From positions 1 through 54,230 of IMG/VR virus record IMGVR_UViG_3300032223_000334: a stretch of DNA of 54,230 bases. The stretch is one strand, 5' to 3'. Position 1 is the stretch's first letter, and the number at the start of each line of letters is the position of its first letter. The position numbers and the translations under genes were made by a program. This DNA is from a virus. The notes under the pieces are model-generated. The model was given only the letters and a program-made list of their open reading frames with translations. It was not told where the DNA came from and did no database searches. Of this stretch, positions 1 through 7,335 are shown in pieces.

Positions 1-123
1 CTCACAACGTCGTGTGTTTAAGATTCTTGGCCGTTTAAATCGTTGGTACTTGGATGACCAACGCAAAGGCGAGATGGTTGCTGACTTGCCAATAGCGACA
101 GATGATTGGATTAGCAACTCTGA
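1..123. repeat. Terminal direct duplication, identical to 54108-54230 (circular-closure overlap; unique genome length 54107 bp)
   Basis: Base-by-base comparison of the first 123 nt (ctcacaacgtcgtgtgtttaag...gcaactctga) with the last 123 nt of the window. They are identical and lie inside one continuous reading frame. Confidence 0.95.
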
Positions 124-1033
124 CGTTATCCCTGTAAGCGACCCACATATCTTTGCTGAGTCACAGCGTTATGCGCAGATACAGACGTTGGCTGCTCGCG
201 CTGCGGCTAACCCAGACTTGTACAACAGATTGGCAGTTGAGCGCCGTATCCTAAAGCAGATCAAGTTGCCTGAGATCAATGAGGTATTGCCTGATCCACA
301 GGAAACACAAGACATGAACCCTGCGTTAGAGAACGTGGCTATGACGCTAGGAAAGCCTGTAGGAGCGTTCCCACATCAAGATCATATGGCGCACTTCATT
401 TCTCATTTGACGTATGCCCAAGACCCTGTATTCGGCTCCAATCCGATTGTAGCCCCAACCTTTGTCCCTGCTTGCCTAGAACATATAAAGCAGCACTTAA
501 CGCTTTGGTATTTGTCTATGGCTGAAGGGTATACAAGTAATGCATTAGGACGGCACTTTGATGTATTGAAAGTGCAGCCAATCGCCCAAGAAGCTCAGAA
601 GTTATTATCTGCGGCATCACAGCATATTCATCAGGATAGTAAAGAGCAGCTAGGTGCGGTTATAGGAAGTATCCAGCAGATGTTACAGATGATGCAGCAA
701 TTGCAAGGTCAGCATCAACCTCCTGTTGATCCAAATATCCAAGTTCAAGTTCAGGGCTTAGTACAGACTTCTATGGCCGAGACTCAGCGTAAGGCTCAGA
801 AGGATCAAGCTGACATGCAATTCAAAGCGGCTGATATGCAGGTGAAATCTAAGGAAGCCACTGACAAGATACAAGCTGAAATCATACGTAACACTGAGAA
901 CAATCTGACGGCAGAGCGAATCAAGTCAGCAGAATTGACTCACGATGCAGCACAGCTACAGCATGAGCAACTGCAGACTGTTCTTGAAGCTCAAAACCAG
1001 ATTCAATCCCATTTAGGAGACCAAAATGTCTGA
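2..1033 (+). CDS. Portal protein, C-terminal part (continuation of 52594..54230)
   Basis: Frame is open from base 2. It contains a Q-rich coiled-coil C-terminal tail (QQMLQMMQQLQGQHQ...). Confidence 0.75.
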   Translation, partial: SQRRVFKILGRLNRWYLDDQRKGEMVADLPIATDDWISNSDVIPVSDPHIFAESQRYAQIQTLAARAAANPDLYNRLAVERRILKQIKLPEINEVLPDPQETQDMNPALENVAMTLGKPVGAFPHQDHMAHFISHLTYAQDPVFGSNPIVAPTFVPACLEHIKQHLTLWYLSMAEGYTSNALGRHFDVLKVQPIAQEAQKLLSAASQHIHQDSKEQLGAVIGSIQQMLQMMQQLQGQHQPPVDPNIQVQVQGLVQTSMAETQRKAQKDQADMQFKAADMQVKSKEATDKIQAEIIRNTENNLTAERIKSAELTHDAAQLQHEQLQTVLEAQNQIQSHLGDQNV

Positions 1034-1394
1034 AGCAATCAACATGCATAAGCGCATCGCCATGTACGGCGAAGGCGAAGCAAATCACATGAAAAAGGGT
1101 GGCAAGGTTCACAAGTATGCCAAGGGTGGCTCTGTCAAAGGCGGCACTATTGATGGTAGCGGCACTGGGTTGCCTGAAGAAATTTCCCATCAGAAGAACG
1201 TCAACAAAATTGGCCCATATCCTGAGAAGGGTGTTGACCGTCTACCTGCTAAGGGCGTGACACCAAAGATTACCAAACCTGTTCCAAATGCAATTGCCAC
1301 AATGAAAAAAGGTGGTCATGCGCATAAAGCTAAGGGTGGTTTAACTGTGGCAGTAGTTATGCCCATGAAGAAGAATGCTGGTAGAGGTCGCTAA
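1026..1394 (+). CDS. Small basic Lys/Gly-rich protein with MKKGG/AKGG motifs (virion-module protein, function unknown)
   Basis: 122 aa, start overlaps the portal stop. Motifs seen: MKKGGKVHKYAKGGSVKGG and MKKGGHAHKAKGG. Confidence 0.6.
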   Translation: MSEAINMHKRIAMYGEGEANHMKKGGKVHKYAKGGSVKGGTIDGSGTGLPEEISHQKNVNKIGPYPEKGVDRLPAKGVTPKITKPVPNAIATMKKGGHAHKAKGGLTVAVVMPMKKNAGRGR

Positions 1395-1579
1395 TGGATG
1401 TTAGAGCCTTGATCGGTTTGATCAAACAGAGGCGGCAAGATATTGCCGAATCGATGGTAGATGGACATTGTGTGAACTTTGAAAGCTATCAGCGTTTGGT
1501 TGGACAAAGCATGGGTTTGAATGAAACCCTTCAATTCATTAATCAACTTTTAGAAGAGGAAAGAAGAGATGTCGAATGA
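1394..1579 (+). CDS. Hypothetical small protein
   Basis: 61 aa. ATG overlaps the preceding stop (TAATG), so it is translationally coupled. Confidence 0.5.
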   Translation: MDVRALIGLIKQRRQDIAESMVDGHCVNFESYQRLVGQSMGLNETLQFINQLLEEERRDVE

Positions 1580-1991
1580 TATCGAACAAACGCTTGAAGA
1601 AGCGTTTCCAGTCCTAGACCCATTAATGGCTCCGTATGGAGCGCGAGTTCTTGTACAACTCAGAGCCGTTAAAGAAAAAGTAACTTCAGCAGGTATCTAT
1701 ATCCCTGAAGAGACTAAAGAAACAGAGAAGTGGAACACCATGATTGGCAAGGTAATTGCCATTGGGCCGTTAGCCTTTAAGAAACGTGACACGATGGAAG
1801 CATGGCCTGAAGGGGCTTGGGCTTCTGTTGGTGAGTATGTCCGTGTTCCTAAATGGGGCGGCGACCGTTGGGAGATTGAGTTTGAAGATGAACATGGTGC
1901 GAAAGGTCGTGCTTTGTTTACTTTCTTTAATGACCATGAACTTATCGGAAAAGTAACTGGTGATCCACGCGAAATCAAAGCGTTCATCTAA
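1569..1991 (+). CDS. GroES/Cpn10-like co-chaperonin
   Basis: 140 aa. The pattern RVLVQL..EKVTSAGIYIPE......IGKVIAIGP....VGEYVRVPKWGG......HELIGKV matches the Cpn10 layout: a beta strand, a mobile-loop (T/S)AGI segment, G.V.A.G, and VGD.V. Confidence 0.65.
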   Translation: MSNDIEQTLEEAFPVLDPLMAPYGARVLVQLRAVKEKVTSAGIYIPEETKETEKWNTMIGKVIAIGPLAFKKRDTMEAWPEGAWASVGEYVRVPKWGGDRWEIEFEDEHGAKGRALFTFFNDHELIGKVTGDPREIKAFI

Positions 1992-2010
1992 GTTTTGAAA
2001 GGAAACTGAA

Positions 2011-2997
2011 ATGACTCCTACTGACAAGATGGAGATGCAGGTTGCTGAAGGGCAGGATGGCGGTGCTACCGTTGTTTTACCCCCAGAAATTACATCTCCT
2101 GATGCTCCATTAGAGCAAAACGATGCTGATGAAGGGCAAGAGCATGTAGATGCTGCCCCAGAATCACATCAAGAAGACCAAGCATATGCTGACGATCCTG
2201 ACAGAGAAGCGGTAAGAGCTGCTCGTCGTGAAGAACGCAAGCTTAAAAAGCAGATTCATCGTGAGAAAGCGAAGGAATCTAACCATTTAATCTCTGCTTT
2301 GCGCAAACAGAATCAAGCAATGGCCGACAGATTGGCTGCTCTTGAGAAAAAGACAAGCGGAGCGGAACTGGCAAGGGTTGACAAGGCGATTGAAGACGCT
2401 GGAGTACAGCTCGAATACGCCAAAATGAAGATGAGTGAGGCTGTTGCATCTCAGGATGGACAAGCTGCAGCTCAAGCTGAAGAGCTTTTGTACGAAGCAC
2501 GACGTAAGTTGGAGTCTTTCCAGAACGTCAAGCAACAAGCTACTAAGCAAATGTCCCAACCTCAGCAGAATATTAATGTTCCTGACCCTATGGTTCAGCG
2601 AATGGCTGCAGAGTGGATGGAAGATAACCCTTGGTATGACCCAAATGGGGAAAACGAGGAGTCTCAGATAGCCCAGATGATTGATAAAAGGCTAACTGCA
2701 GAGGGATACGATCCTTCTACTCAAGAGTACTGGGATGAATTGACATATCGTCATCAAAAGTATGTACCACCTACGCAAAATCGTGGTTATAATGATGCTA
2801 ATGTTAGAAAACCTAGGTCTGTTATGACAAGTTCTGGACGAGAGGCTACAGCTACGACTAAATCTAATGAGTTTAGGTTAAGTCCACAGCGTGTTGCTGC
2901 TATTAAAGAGTCTGGAAATTGGGATAACGTCGAAAAACGTAACGCGATGATCCGCAAATATGCAGAGTGGGATCGTCAAAACAAACCTAGGAGCTAA
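2011..2997 (+). CDS. Probable scaffolding protein (acidic N-terminus, long coiled coil)
   Basis: 328 aa with a D/E-rich N-terminal third, then heptad-like charged helices. It lies between the portal and the major capsid gene. Assignment is by position and composition only. Confidence 0.45.
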   Translation: MTPTDKMEMQVAEGQDGGATVVLPPEITSPDAPLEQNDADEGQEHVDAAPESHQEDQAYADDPDREAVRAARREERKLKKQIHREKAKESNHLISALRKQNQAMADRLAALEKKTSGAELARVDKAIEDAGVQLEYAKMKMSEAVASQDGQAAAQAEELLYEARRKLESFQNVKQQATKQMSQPQQNINVPDPMVQRMAAEWMEDNPWYDPNGENEESQIAQMIDKRLTAEGYDPSTQEYWDELTYRHQKYVPPTQNRGYNDANVRKPRSVMTSSGREATATTKSNEFRLSPQRVAAIKESGNWDNVEKRNAMIRKYAEWDRQNKPRS

Positions 2998-2999
2998 TT

Positions 3000-3533
3000 A
3001 TGGACGGTCGTCTAAAAAAGAATATTAAGTCAGGTCGTGAAAGCCGTGCAGAAGATGATGCGCAGCGTGAAGCGCCTGAGCAGCAAATGGTTTCATCCGA
3101 GGAGCGCCGTAGAGCATTCCGCTCGGAGTGGCAGCAAGAAGCACTTCCGACCCCGCCCGATTTACCGGGCTTTCATCCATGCTGGTTATCTACAACTAAC
3201 CAATATGACCCAATACATAAGCGCATGCGCATGGGATACATCCCTGTTAAAGCCGATGAAGTTAAAGGCTTTGATCATTTCAGAGTGAAATCAGGTGAGC
3301 ATGAAGGTTTTATCGCAATTAATGAGATGTTGTTGTACAAGATTCCCTTGCAACTCTATCAAGAGATGATGGAAGAAATGCACCATTATGCTCCATTAGA
3401 TGAACAAGAGAAAATCAAAGTTCAACAGGATCAAATGCTTAATATGCGAGACAGTACTGGGAAACAATTGGTGCAGATTGAAGGTGGCGGCATGAATTTT
3501 GACCAAACAGCTAAGGTTCCTGTCTTTAGATAG
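3000..3533 (+). CDS. Hypothetical head-module protein
   Basis: 177 aa, tightly packed in the head operon. No motif recognised. Confidence 0.5.
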   Translation: MDGRLKKNIKSGRESRAEDDAQREAPEQQMVSSEERRRAFRSEWQQEALPTPPDLPGFHPCWLSTTNQYDPIHKRMRMGYIPVKADEVKGFDHFRVKSGEHEGFIAINEMLLYKIPLQLYQEMMEEMHHYAPLDEQEKIKVQQDQMLNMRDSTGKQLVQIEGGGMNFDQTAKVPVFR

Positions 3534-3555
3534 GAATTATTACAAGGAGTCTATT

Positions 3556-4158
3556 ATGTCAGCAACATCTGCTCCGTTTGGCCTGCGCCCTGCATACTTT
3601 CCAACAGGGTTGGAACGTGCTCAAGCGCTCGCTGGCGGTATTGCTTCGGGCTACAGCTCGAACATTCTCAAAGGTCAGCCTGTCGTTTATAACGCCTCGG
3701 CTGGCACAATCGCAGTTGCTACTGCTCCCGCAGCAGGCGCATCTGCAGCCTCGTATCCAGTTGCTGGTTCATTCCAAGGTGTTGAGTGGACTGACACAAC
3801 TGGTCGTCGTCGTGTTTCTAACTACTGGCCTGCAAGCACCTCGTATGTTACTGGTTCTTGCGTAGCTTATTTCTACAACGACCTAAACATCGTTTATGAA
3901 ATCCAAGCTGATGGCTCTATGGCTCAATCCACTATCGGTAATGAATACAACTTTAGTAACATTACTTCTGGTTCCACTACTACTGGTCTGTCTCAAGCAA
4001 CATTGAGCGCCACTGGTGTTGGTAATGGTGTTCAAGGCCAAATGCGCGTTGTTGATCTGGCTCCATATGCCGACAACGCTTGGGGGGATTCGTACACTAT
4101 CGTTCGTGTCCAGTTAGCAATCACGCAATTCTACGGTGCTTACACCGCTATTGCTTAA
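3556..4158 (+). CDS. Virion structural protein upstream of the major capsid gene (possible decoration or auxiliary head protein)
   Basis: The track ORF 3499..4158 is trimmed to ATG 3556, which is preceded by AAGGAG (3544-49). 200 aa, Ala/Ser/Thr-rich and beta-rich in appearance. Confidence 0.55.
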   Translation: MSATSAPFGLRPAYFPTGLERAQALAGGIASGYSSNILKGQPVVYNASAGTIAVATAPAAGASAASYPVAGSFQGVEWTDTTGRRRVSNYWPASTSYVTGSCVAYFYNDLNIVYEIQADGSMAQSTIGNEYNFSNITSGSTTTGLSQATLSATGVGNGVQGQMRVVDLAPYADNAWGDSYTIVRVQLAITQFYGAYTAIA

Positions 4159-4174
4159 TTAGGAGACTGACACC

Positions 4175-5089
4175 ATGGCAGCCCCAATGAGAAGTACAGA
4201 CTTTCGTTCGATAGTTGAGCCAATCCTCAACGAAGCGTTCGATGGCGTTTATGATCAACGTGCCGATGAATGGTCAACGGTTTTCCGTGAACAACAAGGC
4301 ATTCCACGTAACTACCACGAAGAACCCGTCCTGTACGGTTTCGGTGCAGCCCCTCAGTTGCCTGATGGCTCGCCTGTAACCTATCAACAGGGTGGTGTGC
4401 TCTTCCTGCAACGCTATGTTTACCAAGTATTTGGTTTGGCATTTGCGTTGACCAAAGTTCTGGTGGAAGATGGTGACCACATTCGTATTGGTCAAGTTTA
4501 CGCAAAACACTTGGCTCAATCGTTGGTTGAGACTAAAGAACTGTTGTGCGCAAACATTCTGAACCGTGCTTTCAATAGCTCGTATGTTGGTGGTGACGGC
4601 GTATCGCTGATCAACACTGCTCACCCAATCGCTACTGGTACTTTCAGCAATCAGCTTACATCGGCTGCTGTTCTGTCCCAGACATCGCTTGAGCAGATGC
4701 TGATTCAGATTCGTCAAGCTGTTGACAACAACGGTAAGAAAATCCGTCTGCAACCACTGAAGCTAGTTGTTGCTCCGGGTAACGTATTCCAAGCAGAAGT
4801 TCTGCTGAAATCAGTCCTGCGTACTGGTACTGCTAACAACGACATCAACCCAATCAAATCGATTGGCTTGTTGCCTGAAGGCGCATCAGTAATCAGCCGT
4901 CTGACTTCGGCAACTAACTGGTGGGTACAGACCGATGCACCTGAAGGCTTGAAGCTGATGATGCGTCGTGTTCTTGAGAAGACCATGGAAGGTGACTTTG
5001 AAACTGACTCAATGCGCTACAAGGCGACTGAGCGTTACATCCCTAACTGGACTGATCCACGTTGCTTGTTCGGTACACCGGGCGCGTAA
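4175..5089 (+). CDS. Major capsid protein, HK97 fold (Mu gpT-like)
   Basis: 304 aa. The N-terminal FRSIVEPILNEAFDGVY and the overall pattern resemble Mu-gpT-type major head subunits. A strong intrinsic terminator follows, as is typical of highly expressed capsid genes. Confidence 0.8.
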   Translation: MAAPMRSTDFRSIVEPILNEAFDGVYDQRADEWSTVFREQQGIPRNYHEEPVLYGFGAAPQLPDGSPVTYQQGGVLFLQRYVYQVFGLAFALTKVLVEDGDHIRIGQVYAKHLAQSLVETKELLCANILNRAFNSSYVGGDGVSLINTAHPIATGTFSNQLTSAAVLSQTSLEQMLIQIRQAVDNNGKKIRLQPLKLVVAPGNVFQAEVLLKSVLRTGTANNDINPIKSIGLLPEGASVISRLTSATNWWVQTDAPEGLKLMMRRVLEKTMEGDFETDSMRYKATERYIPNWTDPRCLFGTPGA

Positions 5090-5095
5090 TACACG

Positions 5096-5119
5096 GGGGG
5101 AGGTAACACTCCCCCTTTT
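5096..5119 (+). terminator. Rho-independent terminator after the capsid gene
   Basis: GGGGGA (5096-5101) pairs with TCCCCC (5110-5115), with an 8-nt loop, followed by TTTT (5116-5119). Confidence 0.7.
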
Positions 5120-5154
5120 CTACAATTTGTCATACTTTTCATGGAGCAGACAAA

Positions 5155-6207
5155 ATGCCACAATTTTCAGATGATTTGTTTTTAGGTTCGGCTCAGTCGT
5201 TTGTTGGTACTAATCCCAACAACGCTTTTGCCAACCCAGCACCAATGGACTTGGGCTTTGGCCCAATGGGTCGTGTTTACTTATTGGATGAGACTCCAGC
5301 TACTGTTACTACAGCCGCTGTTCTTGCCGCTAAGACTCCTACTGTCGCTACTACTTATAGTGGCACTCAGTTGGCTACTGCTTCAACTACCGCAGGTACA
5401 ACGCAGGTAACTCGTAGCGATGGCACGATTGTTCTTCAATTAGATTACCCACGCGCAGTTTCTTTGACAGTTGGCTCAGGTTCGCCAACAGCCTCTAACG
5501 TAACTGTGTCTGGCTATGACTATTACGGTCAATCAATGTCTGAAATTATTCAGACTGGCACTACACAGTCAACCACTGTAAATGGTCGTAAGGCATTCTT
5601 CCAAATCTCTAGCGTAGCTTTCTCGGCTGCTACTACGGTAGCTGTGTCGGTTGATACGACTAAGATCATGGGCTTGCCTGCTAAGGTAACTGATCCTTCG
5701 TATGTTCTGACTGCTAAGTTCAATGCTGGCACGATTGACAATACTTCTGGCGTAGTTGCTGGTTTGGGTGGTGGTTCAACTACTTACTCAACACAAGCAA
5801 TCACAAACTTTACTGCTGCTACTCCCGGCGTTATTACTGTTGCTTACTCTCCACCAAGCGGTACTTTAGTGTCGTTGACTGGTGCTTTGGGTACGTTGAC
5901 TGGCGTTTCGTTGAACACCACTTACTGGTGGACTAACGTATCTGGTACAACTGGTAAGCTGTCAACCACTCAAGCTAACTACTTGGCTGGTACGTTTGCG
6001 GCTACTGGCGGCACAACAATTACTAGCGGTATGAACTTGGTTCCTTCAAGTGTTTCTAGCGCTGTAACTCCAGATGTACGCGGTACTTACGCAATTTCTG
6101 GTACTCCAGACGGCTCTAAACGTCTGTTGATCAGCATGGGTTTGACAGCAATCCAAGTTGGCCCAAATTCAACCCGTTCAGGCTTGCTTGGCTCAGACCA
6201 AGCTTAA
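5155..6207 (+). CDS. Thr/Ser/Gly-rich virion structural protein
   Basis: 350 aa with beta-rich low-charge composition, in the structural operon. Confidence 0.55.
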   Translation: MPQFSDDLFLGSAQSFVGTNPNNAFANPAPMDLGFGPMGRVYLLDETPATVTTAAVLAAKTPTVATTYSGTQLATASTTAGTTQVTRSDGTIVLQLDYPRAVSLTVGSGSPTASNVTVSGYDYYGQSMSEIIQTGTTQSTTVNGRKAFFQISSVAFSAATTVAVSVDTTKIMGLPAKVTDPSYVLTAKFNAGTIDNTSGVVAGLGGGSTTYSTQAITNFTAATPGVITVAYSPPSGTLVSLTGALGTLTGVSLNTTYWWTNVSGTTGKLSTTQANYLAGTFAATGGTTITSGMNLVPSSVSSAVTPDVRGTYAISGTPDGSKRLLISMGLTAIQVGPNSTRSGLLGSDQA

Positions 6208-6219
6208 AGGAGAACCGTT

Positions 6220-7257
6220 ATGGCAACTAAATTTAAGCGTGAGCCTAAAGAGAAGACTACAGAGCCTTCAGTTGACGAGGTTGGTCATGGCATGAAGAAG
6301 GGTGGCCATGCTCATAAGAAGCATATGATGATGGGTGGTGCTCCTATGGGTGCTGCTTCTATGGTTCGTCCACGCACTCGTATGGCAATGGCTGCTGCAG
6401 CTCCAACTCGCGCTCCTATGATGCGCAAGCATGGTGGCGAAGTTGAAAGCAAGGCTGAGCACAAAGCTGAGATGCATGAGATGCACAAGATGGAGAAGGA
6501 ACTCAAACATCATGAGCATATGCCTGCAAGCAAGGCGCATCGTGGTTTGAAAAAGGGTGGCATTTATAAGCCAACTCCCGGCGGTTTGCTGGAAGAGGGT
6601 AAGCCACACCACAAGGCAATGACTGGTGCTGTTGAAGGCCCCGGTTATAAGCATGGTGGTCATACCAAGAAGCACCACAAAGCTGCTGGTGGCGTTATGT
6701 CAACTGTCCATGAAGGTGGTAAGCAGTTAAAGCACGGCGGTCATGCTAAGCATCACATGGCTAAAGGCGGCACACTGCACCCACATATTGATGTTCAGGA
6801 CAAAGTGGTTGAGGCTAAGCAACGCAAGAGCATCAGTTCAAAGACTGGCGCGCTTGAGGGCGTTGGCTACAAACACGGTGGTCATACTAAGAAGCATCAC
6901 TATGCTAAGGGCGGCACAGTGTCTCAGAACGTAGCAAAGCGTTATGAGAACACTATGGTTCATGATGGCGTTCATAGCCCTATGCAAAAGAAAGCAGGAA
7001 CTGGTGCGATCAAACAAGTTCCGGCTGGCTACAAAAAGGGCGGTCATGTGAAGCATCACGCTCATGGCGGTCATGTAGCGCATCACACTACGCACGGTCA
7101 TGATGATCACGGTCATACTCATATGCATCAGCATGTGGCTAAGCACGATCACGGTCATGACAAGATGGATGGTCATCCTATGAAGCACGGTGGTAAAGCT
7201 CACCATACTTCTAAGGTGTCTACACATCACAAAAAGGGCGGCAAATGTAATTACTAA
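6220..7257 (+). CDS. Histidine-rich basic protein with reiterated K-[KH]-G-G-H motifs
   Basis: 345 aa, about 54 His by hand count. Repeats seen: MKKGGHAHKK, YKHGGHTKKHH (twice), LKHGGHAKHH, YKKGGHVKHHAHGGH. The C-terminus has an H-x-H run: HGHDDHGHTHMHQHVAKHDHGHD. Confidence 0.7.
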   Translation: MATKFKREPKEKTTEPSVDEVGHGMKKGGHAHKKHMMMGGAPMGAASMVRPRTRMAMAAAAPTRAPMMRKHGGEVESKAEHKAEMHEMHKMEKELKHHEHMPASKAHRGLKKGGIYKPTPGGLLEEGKPHHKAMTGAVEGPGYKHGGHTKKHHKAAGGVMSTVHEGGKQLKHGGHAKHHMAKGGTLHPHIDVQDKVVEAKQRKSISSKTGALEGVGYKHGGHTKKHHYAKGGTVSQNVAKRYENTMVHDGVHSPMQKKAGTGAIKQVPAGYKKGGHVKHHAHGGHVAHHTTHGHDDHGHTHMHQHVAKHDHGHDKMDGHPMKHGGKAHHTSKVSTHHKKGGKCNY

Positions 7258-7268
7258 GAAGTAAAATG

Positions 7269-7285
7269 GGGGGGCATGTCCCCCC
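7269..7285 (+). other. GC hairpin after the His-rich gene (G6/C6 stem, 5-nt loop), no T-tract
   Basis: GGGGGG (7269-74), loop CATGT, CCCCCC (7280-85). It could be a weak terminator or an mRNA stabiliser. Confidence 0.4.
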
Positions 7286-7335
7286 AGCTGTCTCAGCCTA
7301 TTACCACTTCACTTTTCTATTACTAAGGGCGCAAA

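Noticed and set aside
1-123. Terminal 123-bp repeat as a genuine direct terminal repeat (DTR) or cos region
   Set aside because: The repeat lies in the middle of the portal reading frame, which is restored exactly by circularisation. That is the signature of an assembler overlap rather than a T7-like DTR. It is left open only pending read-end analysis.
3037-3865. Overlapping out-of-frame ORFs 3037..3288 and 3578..3865, plus the many 60-160-aa antisense ORFs inside capsid, fibre, portal and terminase genes
   Set aside because: They are fully nested in longer, well-supported genes. They have no RBS and show biased low-complexity translations typical of shadow frames.
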